Shown here one piece after another: positions 52,134 to 60,550 of a stretch of 64,000 nt of DNA. Under the pieces are notes generated by a model, which worked only from the letters and a program-made list of their open reading frames with translations, was not told the DNA's origin and ran no database searches. This stretch comes from Candidatus Micrarchaeia archaeon (GTDB taxonomy: Archaea > Micrarchaeota > Micrarchaeia > Norongarragalinales > Norongarragalinaceae). How positions within the stretch are numbered: position 1 is the first letter of the stretch; every line of letters begins with the position of its first letter. The position numbers were made by a program, and so were the translations under genes. The stretch lies in the NCBI GenBank assembly GCA_041648335.1, contig JBAZPG010000003.1, positions 10,605-74,604 on the forward strand. The letters are read 5' to 3'.

Positions 52134-52842
52134 CTCCGCGTGAAATCCTATTCCAGTTCTTCCGCAGCCACGCCTCGGCTTCCCCCGCGCCCGCGAAAAG
52201 CGCATCCTCTTGCTTGAAGGCGCGCGTGTGCACGCTCCGGCGCAGGCTCTTCCCGCGCGAGTAGAGCACCGCGTGCTTGGCGTGGAGGAGCTCGTGGTAC
52301 AGCACGTATTCAGCCACGAGGCGCGGCGCGCCGTCGAGCGCGCGGTTCAACACGATTTTCGCGAACGCCGAGTCGAACCACCCGAGGCGCCGCCTGCCGG
52401 GCGAACGCGACCATTCCACGCGCGGGCGCGCCACCCCGGAAAAAAGCGTTGGATATGAAGAATACAATCCGTCGAGCAGCGCGTCCAAGTCGTGGTTCTC
52501 GCCGCGCGCCACGCCTCTACGCGCGCGCCCCCGCGCCCCGCGCAACGCGTCGGAGAGCTCGGCGGCGCCCTTGCTCTTAACGAACTCTTCGTAGGGGCGC
52601 ACTAGGCGCGCCTCGACGCGCACGCGGAAGATTTTCGAGAGCAGCGAGAGCGCCAAACCGAGCGCCACCTCGCGGGGCACGCGTTCGAACTCGCGACTCG
52701 CCCTCGCGACGACCGTGCCGCGCACGAGGCGCGCGCTCGCCTTGAGTCCCGCGTAGGCGCGGTAACGCGCGTCTACGAAGTAGTTTTTCCCGAGTAGCGC
52801 GCACGCGGAATAGAAAACCTCGTTCAAATCGTTGCCCATCAT
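52123..52842 (-). CDS. HExxH zinc metallopeptidase-like protein (DUF45/SprT-like)
   Basis: AKIVLNRALDGAPRLVAEYVLYHELLHAKH, with the HELLH motif in the usual DUF45 context. Confidence 0.5.
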   Translation of the reverse strand: MMGNDLNEVFYSACALLGKNYFVDARYRAYAGLKASARLVRGTVVARASREFERVPREVALGLALSLLSKIFRVRVEARLVRPYEEFVKSKGAAELSDALRGARGRARRGVARGENHDLDALLDGLYSSYPTLFSGVARPRVEWSRSPGRRRLGWFDSAFAKIVLNRALDGAPRLVAEYVLYHELLHAKHAVLYSRGKSLRRSVHTRAFKQEDALFAGAGEAEAWLRKNWNRISRGVNG

Positions 52843-53070
52843 AAAACGAAACCCTTTTTAATTAAAAACGATTCATGCATGTGGAAATTTTTCGAACAGA
52901 AAAATTTTGGGTGTGAAAAACTATGGCAAAGAAGAAGACGAAGGCTAAGAAGACCAGCAAGAAGAAGAAGTAATAAAGCTTCTTCGTTTCTTTTTGGGGT
53001 TTTCCTTGATTGAATTCCCTTTTCCTTATTCTTTTTTTAAAACGCCGCGTGCGAACGCCATGAGTGTGCA

Positions 53071-53844
53071 TCAAACGAACGCGAGCGAAGCGTAGTCAAC
53101 CACCGACGAGTAGTCGCCCGTCGCTTCCCCTGAATTAGAGAACGCGAGCAGCTCGCCGCGTTTGGCGCCGTTCAACTCCGCCCAGCGCGCCGCACAGGCA
53201 ACTGGTGCGTAGCCGCACGCGCTCGAACGCAACGCCGCCCGGTGGAATCCCTCGGCATCCAAATCCGCTAGGAACGAGAAAAGTTTTTCGTCCACGCTAC
53301 GCGCTTTGGCTGCTTCCTCGTAGTGCGTGAAGTCGCTCGACGCCACGATCGAGACGGGCGCGTCCGCGAGCGCCTCGGCGACCGCGAAAGCGGCGCGCAG
53401 CGACTGGTCCAAGAACACCACGGGAGCGAAGCGCGCCGTGCCGTGGAGGAACTGGATGAACGGCAACTGCACCTCGACTGAGTGCTCGCGTGAGTGCGCG
53501 GCCTCGTCCACGCGCACAGCGGGCGCGAGTGCCTGCACGAGTGCGGAATCGATTTTGCATTCGCCGAGCGGGGTGAGCCAGTCGCGTGCGCTCGTCGAAA
53601 CCGGGGAGCCGAGTCCGGTGTGGTTCGGGGCGAGCACCACGACTGTTTTTGCGGGGGCGAGCGCGAGGAACGAGCGCATCGCCATTGCACCAGAGTAAAC
53701 CCAGCCCGCGTGCGGCGCCACGACGGCGCGCGAACGCGTTTTTTGCTTGCCCGCGTCCCGCCTGAATTTTTCAAGGGCGGCTTCGCACTCGCGGCGCGAG
53801 GCGGGATAGAACGAGCCGTTGAACGCGGGTTTCCGGGATTCCAT
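53071..53844 (-). CDS. Memo-like protein (AmmeMemoRadiSam system protein B)
   Basis: GSFYPAS...VVAPHAGWVYSG...LAPNHTG...SSDFTHYE...ACGYAPV, all Memo/extradiol-dioxygenase-B-like hallmarks. Confidence 0.85.
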   Translation of the reverse strand: MESRKPAFNGSFYPASRRECEAALEKFRRDAGKQKTRSRAVVAPHAGWVYSGAMAMRSFLALAPAKTVVVLAPNHTGLGSPVSTSARDWLTPLGECKIDSALVQALAPAVRVDEAAHSREHSVEVQLPFIQFLHGTARFAPVVFLDQSLRAAFAVAEALADAPVSIVASSDFTHYEEAAKARSVDEKLFSFLADLDAEGFHRAALRSSACGYAPVACAARWAELNGAKRGELLAFSNSGEATGDYSSVVDYASLAFV

Positions 53845-53878
53845 TAATCACACGGTAACGCGCCGAAATAAAAACGCC

Positions 53879-54460
53879 TCAGCCCTCGAATTCTTCGGTC
53901 TTGTGGGTGAACTCCTCGTTCGACGAGATTTTCCCGGATGCCTTGAGCGTCTCGCGGGCGAGCAGCCAGAACAGGAGTCCGAGCGCCTTGCGCCCCTTGT
54001 TATTGCCGGGCACCGCGAGGTCCACGAAGCGCGTGGAATTGTTCGTGTCGCACAACGCGATGACGGGTATGTTCAACTGGAACGCCTCGATTACCGCCTG
54101 GCGGTCCACGCCCGGGTCCACCACGAGGAGGAGCTTGGGTTCGCGGAAGCGCTCGTGGAGCGGGTTCGTGAAAGTGCCGGGTGTGAAGCGTCCGGCGAGC
54201 GACTGGCAGCCCGTGAGTTCGCAGAACTTGTTTATGGGCTGTTCGGCATTCGACTTGCTGCCCACCGCGTAAACTTCCGCGGCGGGAAAACGCGCGAGCA
54301 ACTTTGCCGCGGCGAGGACGCGTTCGTCGAGCTTCTTCAAGTCGAGCACGTGGAGCCCGTCGTCGCGCGTGCGGTAGATGTACTTCCGCATGCTGCCGCT
54401 CTTCATGCGCGTCCCAATGTGGACGCCCGAACGCAAGTATTCGTCCTGTTCAATCAACAT
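53879..54460 (-). CDS. rps2: 30S ribosomal protein S2 (uS2)
   Basis: EYLRSGVHIGTRMKSGSMRKYIYRTRDDGLHVLDLKKLDERV...GRFTPGTFTN. Confidence 0.92.
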   Translation of the reverse strand: MLIEQDEYLRSGVHIGTRMKSGSMRKYIYRTRDDGLHVLDLKKLDERVLAAAKLLARFPAAEVYAVGSKSNAEQPINKFCELTGCQSLAGRFTPGTFTNPLHERFREPKLLLVVDPGVDRQAVIEAFQLNIPVIALCDTNNSTRFVDLAVPGNNKGRKALGLLFWLLARETLKASGKISSNEEFTHKTEEFEG

Positions 54461-54594
54461 TTTCTAAAATCGCCCCTCGCTGGTAGGCTTCGGTTAGTGC
54501 ACGCAGCCTGGAGTGCGGCGCGCCCGTAACTCCTACACCCTGGCAGGTATTTAAGCGTAACGAATAAATGCGCCCGCGGACTCATTCAACGCGT

Positions 54595-55146
54595 ATGCCA
54601 ATCGACATGAGCCTCGAGGAAGGCTCGGAAGCAGAGGAGGCGTCCGCGGAATCCGTTGGAGCAGGCGTCGAGCTCGAACGCAAGGTTGACTTGCCGCTCG
54701 CCAAAATCGCGGAAGCCGCGCTCTTCCTGGCGAACCGCGAGCTGGACGTGCGCGAGCTCGCGAAGACCACGGGCAGGAGCGCCGCCGAGCTGCGGCTCGC
54801 GTTGGAGAAGGTGCGCATAGAGTACGAGGCGCGCGACTCCCCGGTCGAGCTGTTGGAAAAGGACGGCGTCTACTCCCTGCGCGTCAAGCCCAGCTACCTC
54901 GCCGCCGTGGGCGGTTTCAGCAAGAAGAGCGACTTGTCGCGCAAGGCAACGCGCATCCTCGCGCTCGTCGTGAAGAAGAACGGATTGCTCCAGAGCGAGT
55001 TACGCAGTTATTTCCGCGGCGAGATTTACGCTTACGTCACCGAACTCCGCGAAGCGGGTTACCTGGAGTCCAGCCGGCACGGGAACACCCGGCTCCTCAA
55101 GCCCACGCGCAAGTTCTACGAGGAATTCCAGCTAGCGCAAAATTAA
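54595..55146 (+). CDS. scpB: ScpB-like segregation and condensation protein
   Basis: Acidic N-terminus, then two winged helices: AEAALFLANRELDVRELAKTTG...LEKDGVYSLRVKP and ATRILALVVKKNGLLQSEL. The start (54595 or 54607) is uncertain. Confidence 0.65.
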   Translation: MPIDMSLEEGSEAEEASAESVGAGVELERKVDLPLAKIAEAALFLANRELDVRELAKTTGRSAAELRLALEKVRIEYEARDSPVELLEKDGVYSLRVKPSYLAAVGGFSKKSDLSRKATRILALVVKKNGLLQSELRSYFRGEIYAYVTELREAGYLESSRHGNTRLLKPTRKFYEEFQLAQN

Positions 55147-55805
55147 GGCGCGTACGGGGAGGAGAGCACGCGGCGTATTTCCTCCGCGCGCTTCCCGCCC
55201 ACGCCGTCCACTTCCATCAGCTCTTCCGCGCTTGCGGACATCAACCGTTCAATGCTTCCGAAGTGCTCGAGGAGCGCGCGGGCGACCTTCGGACCTATAA
55301 GGGGGAGCGATTCCACGATGAAGCGTTGGCGTTCCGCCTGCGAATCGCCCTTGCGCCCGAAACGCACGCGCGCCTCGCGCGGCTCGAGGAGCTGCTCGCG
55401 TTCCCCAAGCGCGTAAATGAACTCGGCGAGCTCGGCGTCCGAATCGAAAAAGAGCAACGGGATTTTGTAGTCCACCGCAAGCGAGATGAACGCGCCGCGC
55501 AACGCCGCGGGCTGGAGGCGCTCGAATTTCTTTCCGGTTACGGCAATAATGGGCGACGCGAACGCTTCGCGCAGCTCTTGCGCCTGGGCGAACAGGCGGC
55601 CGTCGAGCACGCTGGATTCGAAGTCCTGTGCTGTCTTGCGTTCCACGCAGGCGCGCGCGCTGAGCACGTAATCGCCGACCGAGAGGCGCACGGGCTTGAG
55701 GAGTGCACCCTTCTCGAACAGTGTTTTCGCCGCCGCGCTCTTGAGCTCGCGGTCGTCAATGAAAACCTGCACTTCGGAACGCTCTTCGAAAACGAGTTCG
55801 TTCAA
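55143..55805 (-). CDS. XPF/Hef-type ERCC4 nuclease domain + (HhH)2 protein
   Basis: VFIDDRELKS...SVGDYVLS...VERKTAQDFESSVLDGRLFAQ is the ERCC4 core. C-terminal helix-hairpin-helix (IGPKVARALLEHFGS...VDGVGGKRAEEI). The TTG start overlaps the helicase stop (TTGA). Confidence 0.85.
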   Translation of the reverse strand: MNELVFEERSEVQVFIDDRELKSAAAKTLFEKGALLKPVRLSVGDYVLSARACVERKTAQDFESSVLDGRLFAQAQELREAFASPIIAVTGKKFERLQPAALRGAFISLAVDYKIPLLFFDSDAELAEFIYALGEREQLLEPREARVRFGRKGDSQAERQRFIVESLPLIGPKVARALLEHFGSIERLMSASAEELMEVDGVGGKRAEEIRRVLSSPYAP

Positions 55806-57277
55806 AATTCAGTCACTTCCCTCTGCCTCGAGCCGCCCGTGCGCAACTCGCGCTCGGCTTCGCGGAGTGCTCCCGGCATGCGTTTCTCCTTGCCGCGCGA
55901 AATCCAGAGGAACCCCTCGTCCTTGGTGTCCCGCGTAACGAGCAGGAGCACGCGTCCGGCTTTCACGCGCCCCGCCCTGCCGCGGCGCTGGATGAGGCGG
56001 ATTTCCGAGGGCACCGCCTCGTAGAAAACAACAAGGTCGACCGCGGGCACGTCCAAACCTTCTTCACCCACGCTCGTGGCAACAAGGACGTTGAACTCGC
56101 GGTTGCGGAACGCGTCGAGTGCGGCAGCCTGCTGTTTCTGTGTCATGCCGTCGTTCCCGCGCCCGACCAACTGGCGCGCGTCCACGCCGGGGAGCGCATT
56201 CAACGCGGCTTCGATGGAGTCCACGCTCGCACGGTAGTGGGCGAACACGATTACTGATTCTCCACGCTTCGTCGCGGCGGCAACGAGCTCGGAGAGGCGC
56301 GGCATCTTGGGGTGCAGCAAACCGGTGTCCACGAGCTCGCGCGTCTCGCGGCGCACGATTGCGAATAGCGGGTCCGCGAGCAGACGCTGGACCGCCTTGC
56401 TCTTCTTGTCGCGGGAATCCATTCCAGAAAAGAACTCGTTGAGCGCGGCCGCGCCCTGGGATTCCAGCAAGTCTATTGCGTGCGACAGGTTGAGTGCGCG
56501 CGCCTGGGCGGACATCGCCTTGTAAGCCGCGGGTTCGGGGGTGCGCGCGAGTATCGCGCTGCGCAAGGCGAGGAGCACGCGCTTGTTCGCCTTTGACACT
56601 GCAGCGTTTTCCAGAAATCCGTAACTCTTGAGCTCGTCGAGGGCTTCGCCGAGGAGATGGCGGAGGCGTTCGCGTAGGCGCGAGAGCTCGGGCGGCAAGT
56701 TGACGAATTCCCAATCCAGCGTGAGTTCGGGCACGTAGCCGCGTGCGTCCTCGGCGTTCTTGACTTCCACGTGCTCCACGCCCAGGTTCCGGCACACCTG
56801 GATTATCTTCTGCTTTTGGGAGGAAGGCGACGCGGTCAAGCCGAGCACGAAGCAGCTGGCCTTTTTCGCCTGCTTCCCGATGAACACGTAAGCATAGTCG
56901 CCGATTGCGCGGTGCGCCTCGTCGAAAACCACGAGGCGGAAGTCCTTGAGTTCGATGCGGCGCGCGAGCAAGTCGTTCTCAATGCACTGGGGCGTTGCCA
57001 CGACGAGTTCGGCTCCCGCGTACGCTGCGGCACGCTCGGCAGGAGGCACTTCCCCGGTGACGAGGAGCGCCTTTTTCCCGACGAGTTCCTCGAGGCGGCG
57101 CGCCTGCTGGACTGCGAGCGGCTTTGTCGGGGCAAGGAAAAGCTGTTTTCCGTGGAGTTCGCGCATCACGAGTGCGGCGACGAACGTCTTGCCCATTGCG
57201 GTGGGCATCACGAGGAGCGAGTTGCCTGCGGCTAGAATCGCCTTGGCGGCTGCCTCCTGGTATTCCCGGGTTTCCAC
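55802..57277 (-). CDS. hef: Hef/FANCM-type SF2 helicase (helicase part only)
   Basis: Motif I MPTAMGKTF, motif II VFDEAH, motif III TASP, motif VI QRRGRAGR. The 599-aa ORF N-terminus is implausible (hydrophobic and Ser-rich). The GTG at 57277 (..VETREYQ) is proposed as the start and is uncertain. Confidence 0.8.
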   Translation of the reverse strand: METREYQEAAAKAILAAGNSLLVMPTAMGKTFVAALVMRELHGKQLFLAPTKPLAVQQARRLEELVGKKALLVTGEVPPAERAAAYAGAELVVATPQCIENDLLARRIELKDFRLVVFDEAHRAIGDYAYVFIGKQAKKASCFVLGLTASPSSQKQKIIQVCRNLGVEHVEVKNAEDARGYVPELTLDWEFVNLPPELSRLRERLRHLLGEALDELKSYGFLENAAVSKANKRVLLALRSAILARTPEPAAYKAMSAQARALNLSHAIDLLESQGAAALNEFFSGMDSRDKKSKAVQRLLADPLFAIVRRETRELVDTGLLHPKMPRLSELVAAATKRGESVIVFAHYRASVDSIEAALNALPGVDARQLVGRGNDGMTQKQQAAALDAFRNREFNVLVATSVGEEGLDVPAVDLVVFYEAVPSEIRLIQRRGRAGRVKAGRVLLLVTRDTKDEGFLWISRGKEKRMPGALREAERELRTGGSRQREVTEF

Positions 57278-57371
57278 GAGTTGGTAAACGCCTGCCTTTC
57301 TTTTTAATCCAGCGAGGCGTGGCTTCCAGTGTAAAGAAAACCAATTAAAACCTGAAAGAAGGGATAATTTA

Positions 57372-57824
57372 ATGGAAGAAATTGCCGCGAGAAAAAAGGA
57401 ACTGGCTGAGAAACTCAAAAATAAAACTACTTTAAGAAAAGGCGAAGCCGCAGCGGAATTAATGCAACTGCCACACACCATCGAAGAACTGACTGCGTAT
57501 TTGAAAAACCCCGAACAAGAGGTTAGAATCGCGGCTGCAGCCGCATTAGTGAAACATCCCGATGCAACACAAAAAAACGCAGTCTCCTTAACTCGATACA
57601 AAGATTACGCAATCAAATTGGTGGCCTCGCGCTTCCTCAAGGACAATGCCCCTCCGAAAGAACGGACGAAATGGAACGAAAGATACCAGCGGTTGTTGTA
57701 TGCTGGACGCTCGGAAGAAAGCATACGGCTGGCAATCAACCCCGAACTCATGAGCCCGGAAATGAAGGCGCGATACGCGCGGGCTTTTGAAGCCGAGAAA
57801 AAAAAGAAAACAAACAAGCACTAG
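57372..57824 (+). CDS. Hypothetical protein with one HEAT/PBS-like repeat
   Basis: LKNPEQEVRIAAAAALVKHPDAT resembles the repeat unit of the 32853-34391 protein. Lys-rich ends, lower-GC region. Confidence 0.45.
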   Translation: MEEIAARKKELAEKLKNKTTLRKGEAAAELMQLPHTIEELTAYLKNPEQEVRIAAAAALVKHPDATQKNAVSLTRYKDYAIKLVASRFLKDNAPPKERTKWNERYQRLLYAGRSEESIRLAINPELMSPEMKARYARAFEAEKKKKTNKH

Positions 57825-57854
57825 CAAGCGCGCTTGATTCAAACAACCGGTTTT

Positions 57855-58205
57855 TTAACGCAGTTGTTTCGGCAGCTTGAAGTAAGCAACCACCTTGCTC
57901 ATTTCAGTGGGTATCAATCCGGGAACATGAGAGGAGTGTTCAACGCTAAACTTTTGGGCTATGGCTGCGAGCGTTTTCGTCAACTCGGAAAGCGGGGGGT
58001 TGTAACGCGGCTCCCGAAAAATCCTCCGTTTGAACTCGAATTTTTCACCCACCCGCGAAACATTGAAGTGGTAGCCTATGGCCCGGTCATCGCTCAACGG
58101 CACGCCGAGTATGGCTTTGTGAATGTAGTCCAACGCCTTTTCGCGGGTTAAATCGGTCCGCTGGCGCGTATGGCGCTTCTTCGTGGCAATCCTCGAGGCA
58201 ATCAA
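57855..58205 (-). CDS. Hypothetical protein (116 aa)
   Basis: Clean ORF in a lower-GC stretch, convergent with the previous gene. No recognisable motif. Confidence 0.4.
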   Translation of the reverse strand: MIASRIATKKRHTRQRTDLTREKALDYIHKAILGVPLSDDRAIGYHFNVSRVGEKFEFKRRIFREPRYNPPLSELTKTLAAIAQKFSVEHSSHVPGLIPTEMSKVVAYFKLPKQLR

Positions 58206-58398
58206 ATCACCGATGCACTCATTTAACCGGTTTCACTTAATATAGCCGCACGGGCTTACGGGGGCAATACCGGAAGTGCCGCCCGCACCCGCGGTTCCCT
58301 AAAAAATTATTTAAAAGCCCGCCGTGTAGCGTTTAACGCTTCAAAGCGCGCAGGTGGGTTAGTGGCGCGCGCGGCGGGGCGAGTGGTGGGTATTGGAT

Positions 58399-58602
58399 AT
58401 GGCGGTTTTACCTTTGGCGCCCGTAGAGCGTCTCATCCGGAAGGCGGGAGCCGAGCGCGTGTCCCAGGATGCCGCAGAGGCGCTGGCGGACGTGCTCGAG
58501 GACATAGGACTCGAAATCTCGGGGAAGGCGGTTCAGCTCGCGAAGCACGCGGGACGCAAGACCGTGGTCTCCGAGGACGTGAAACTCGCGAGCAGGGCAT
58601 AA
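58399..58602 (+). CDS. Archaeal histone (HMf/HTa family)
   Basis: [64 protein letters not shown] is a full histone fold of 67 aa. Confidence 0.9.
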   Translation: MAVLPLAPVERLIRKAGAERVSQDAAEALADVLEDIGLEISGKAVQLAKHAGRKTVVSEDVKLASRA

Positions 58603-58700
58603 GTGTTTTAAACGCGTCCGCCCATTTTCTTGTTTGTAAACTCAAGATGTAGGGTTCCGTCCCGCAGGGGGGCGACCTGAATTGGGGTGTAATCTGACTA

Positions 58701-59096
58701 ATGGGTGCAAGCAAATACATTCGCAAATCGTTCGCAGAAACCTTTAACGGCGAACTCGGCAAGCAACGCGTGCGCAACTGGAAGCGCGGCGGAACCGTGC
58801 AGCGCGCGGAGAAGCCGTTGAACCCCGGGCGCGCCCGCGAACTCGGCTTCAAGGCGAAGCTCGGCTATTTCGCTGTAATCGTCAAAACCAAACGCGGCAG
58901 GCGCTCGCGCGACCGCCCCCGCATCGGACGCAAGCCCGGAAAGAACCGCAAACGCGAGAACCCCGGCAAGCCGTGGGCGTGGTTCGCGGAACAGAAGGCG
59001 CGCCGCAGGTACACGAACGCAACCGTGCTCGGCTCCCACCTCGTTGGACGCGACGGTTCGGTCCAGTTCTTCGAAGTGCTGATGAAGACGAAATGA
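58701..59096 (+). CDS. rpl15e: 50S ribosomal protein L15e (C-terminally short form, 131 aa)
   Basis: MGASKYIRKSF...RAEKPLNPGRARELGFKAKLGYFAVIVKTKRG...VLGSHLVGRDGSVQFFEVL matches L15e up to the ..W.EVIL.. region and then stops. Confidence 0.85.
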   Translation: MGASKYIRKSFAETFNGELGKQRVRNWKRGGTVQRAEKPLNPGRARELGFKAKLGYFAVIVKTKRGRRSRDRPRIGRKPGKNRKRENPGKPWAWFAEQKARRRYTNATVLGSHLVGRDGSVQFFEVLMKTK

Positions 59097-59566
59097 AGGG
59101 CACGGACAACCGTTTGGGTAAAGGGCTTTCCGCGAAAGCCAAGCGGTTGGGCTTCCAAAACGCAGTCGAGCGCGAGCCATCCGAACGGAATTCGAAGTAC
59201 GTGAAGGGAACGGACAAACGGACGCTCTGCTCTGCGCTCGAAAAAAACAAGGACGCCTTCGCGAATGTTTTCCAGTTGAGGGAGTACTGGCGGGACGACG
59301 AACTCCACGCCGCGTTGAAGGGCAACTGCGTGGAATTGTGTTTCGCGGACTACGCGAACGCGAGGGACCCGGCTAAGGCGTTGAACAAGGGACGCTCGTT
59401 CGCACGCAAACTCGTGAAAAAACGCATTGACTACCGCCTCACTTCGGGCGCAACTGACGAGTACGCGTTGCGTTCGCCCCGCGACCTCGTGGCGTTCGGC
59501 ATCCTCTTGGGGTTGACGCGCGAGCAGTCCATCAGGGCGTTGCGCCCGCTTGGTGACGCGGAATGA
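59093..59566 (+). CDS. rnp3: RNase P protein component 3 (Rpp30/Rnp3), short form (157 aa)
   Basis: C-terminus IDYRLTSGATDEYALRSPRDLVAFGILLGLTREQSIRAL closely parallels the conserved Rpp30 C-terminus (..FLTSSA....VR.PRDLISLG...G). ATGA overlap with rpl15e, in the conserved operon position. Confidence 0.65.
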   Translation: MKGTDNRLGKGLSAKAKRLGFQNAVEREPSERNSKYVKGTDKRTLCSALEKNKDAFANVFQLREYWRDDELHAALKGNCVELCFADYANARDPAKALNKGRSFARKLVKKRIDYRLTSGATDEYALRSPRDLVAFGILLGLTREQSIRALRPLGDAE

Positions 59567-59853
59567 TGCGCGACAAGAGCCGCTGGCTCCTCATCGACGC
59601 CCTCGACTTGGAAGCCGCCGCTTTTCCGGAGTGCGTTGACGAAGCAGTGCGCAGGTTCCTCGGCGTCTCAGGCGCCTCGAAGGCGAGGGCGCGCGGCGAG
59701 GCGACGCGCGGCGTGCTCGTGGTGAAGTGCGCTTCCGGCCAGGAAGACGAAGTCATCGCGGCGTTGGCGTTCAAATCCGAGTTCAAAGGCAAGCGTGTCG
59801 CGTTGCGCACCCTCCGGGTCTCGGGAACGCTGGACGCGTTACTCGAGAAATAA
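59563..59853 (+). CDS. rnp2: RNase P protein component 2 (Pop5/Rnp2), 96 aa
   Basis: RWLLIDAL...GVLVVKCASGQEDEVIAALAF...RTLRVSGTL is the Pop5 pattern. It sits in the conserved position after Rnp3. Confidence 0.65.
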   Translation: MMRDKSRWLLIDALDLEAAAFPECVDEAVRRFLGVSGASKARARGEATRGVLVVKCASGQEDEVIAALAFKSEFKGKRVALRTLRVSGTLDALLEK

Positions 59854-59893
59854 CGTTAAGCATAAAAGCAGCCTTACAAACTATTCACTGCGT

Positions 59894-60550
59894 ATGTTAC
59901 CCGCGGGCGTCAAGGGAATTGTTTACGATTTGGACGGAACCATCATTTCCACCACGAAGCTTCACGAAGAAGCCTGGCTTCACGCGGGAAAGCGGTTCGG
60001 CGTGAAAATTACCGGGTGTTTTTTGCTAAAACAGCGTGGAATGCCTAACGACGAGGCAGCTGAAAAACTGCTGCGTTTGAAGGACGGAAAGTTGAAGAAG
60101 TTCGTGAGAGCAAAGGAAAATCATGCCGCAAACAACCTTAAAGGCGCGCGATTGTGCGCCGGTTTTGCTTCAACTCTCGAAAAACTCGTCTTCGGTGGCA
60201 CGCGCGTGTGGGTTTGCTCTTCAGCGCCCGGCAGTTTGGTTGGGAAAATATTGGGACGTTTTCCGGCGCTGAGGAAACTGCGCGGGAAAACGGTTTCCCG
60301 CGAAATGTACTATAAAGGCAAGCCGAACGCCGAACCGCTGTTGTTAACGTTCGCCAAAATGGGCTTGAAACCGCGCGAATGCGTTTACGTCGGAGACGCG
60401 TTAAGCGATTACCGCGCGGCTAAAAACGCGGGCTGCAAATTCGTTTACTTTTGTGAAAAACAAAAGAACCGCGACAAGAAAATCCCGAAAACAATCCCGC
60501 ACATTGCAAGACACGCCGAAATACTGAAGTTACTCGCGCGAAGCGTTTGA
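59894..60550 (+). CDS. HAD-superfamily hydrolase (beta-phosphoglucomutase/phosphatase-like)
   Basis: Motif I VYDLDGTII, later SSAP, K...KPNAEP, and motif IV YVGDALSDYRAAKNAG. Lower-GC gene. Confidence 0.75.
   Translation: MLPAGVKGIVYDLDGTIISTTKLHEEAWLHAGKRFGVKITGCFLLKQRGMPNDEAAEKLLRLKDGKLKKFVRAKENHAANNLKGARLCAGFASTLEKLVFGGTRVWVCSSAPGSLVGKILGRFPALRKLRGKTVSREMYYKGKPNAEPLLLTFAKMGLKPRECVYVGDALSDYRAAKNAGCKFVYFCEKQKNRDKKIPKTIPHIARHAEILKLLARSV

Noticed and set aside
52862-53074. 70-aa ORF on the minus strand in the AT-rich gap
   Set aside because: The translation is low-complexity (FFFLLVFLAFVFFF). It is the antisense shadow of the Lys-rich micro-ORF and overlaps the Memo gene start region.
58206-58398. 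Intergenic region upstream of the histone gene examined for a structured ncRNA
   Set aside because: It contains a TATA-like TTATTTAAAA and GC-rich segments. I could not fold a convincing conserved structure or recognise any known RNA family by eye.
58433-59325. Minus-strand ORFs (58433-58852, 58698-59180, 58865-59308, 58882-59325) overlapping the histone, L15e and Rnp3 genes
   Set aside because: They are antisense to strongly supported conserved genes and have Arg/Pro/Ser-rich translations without motifs.
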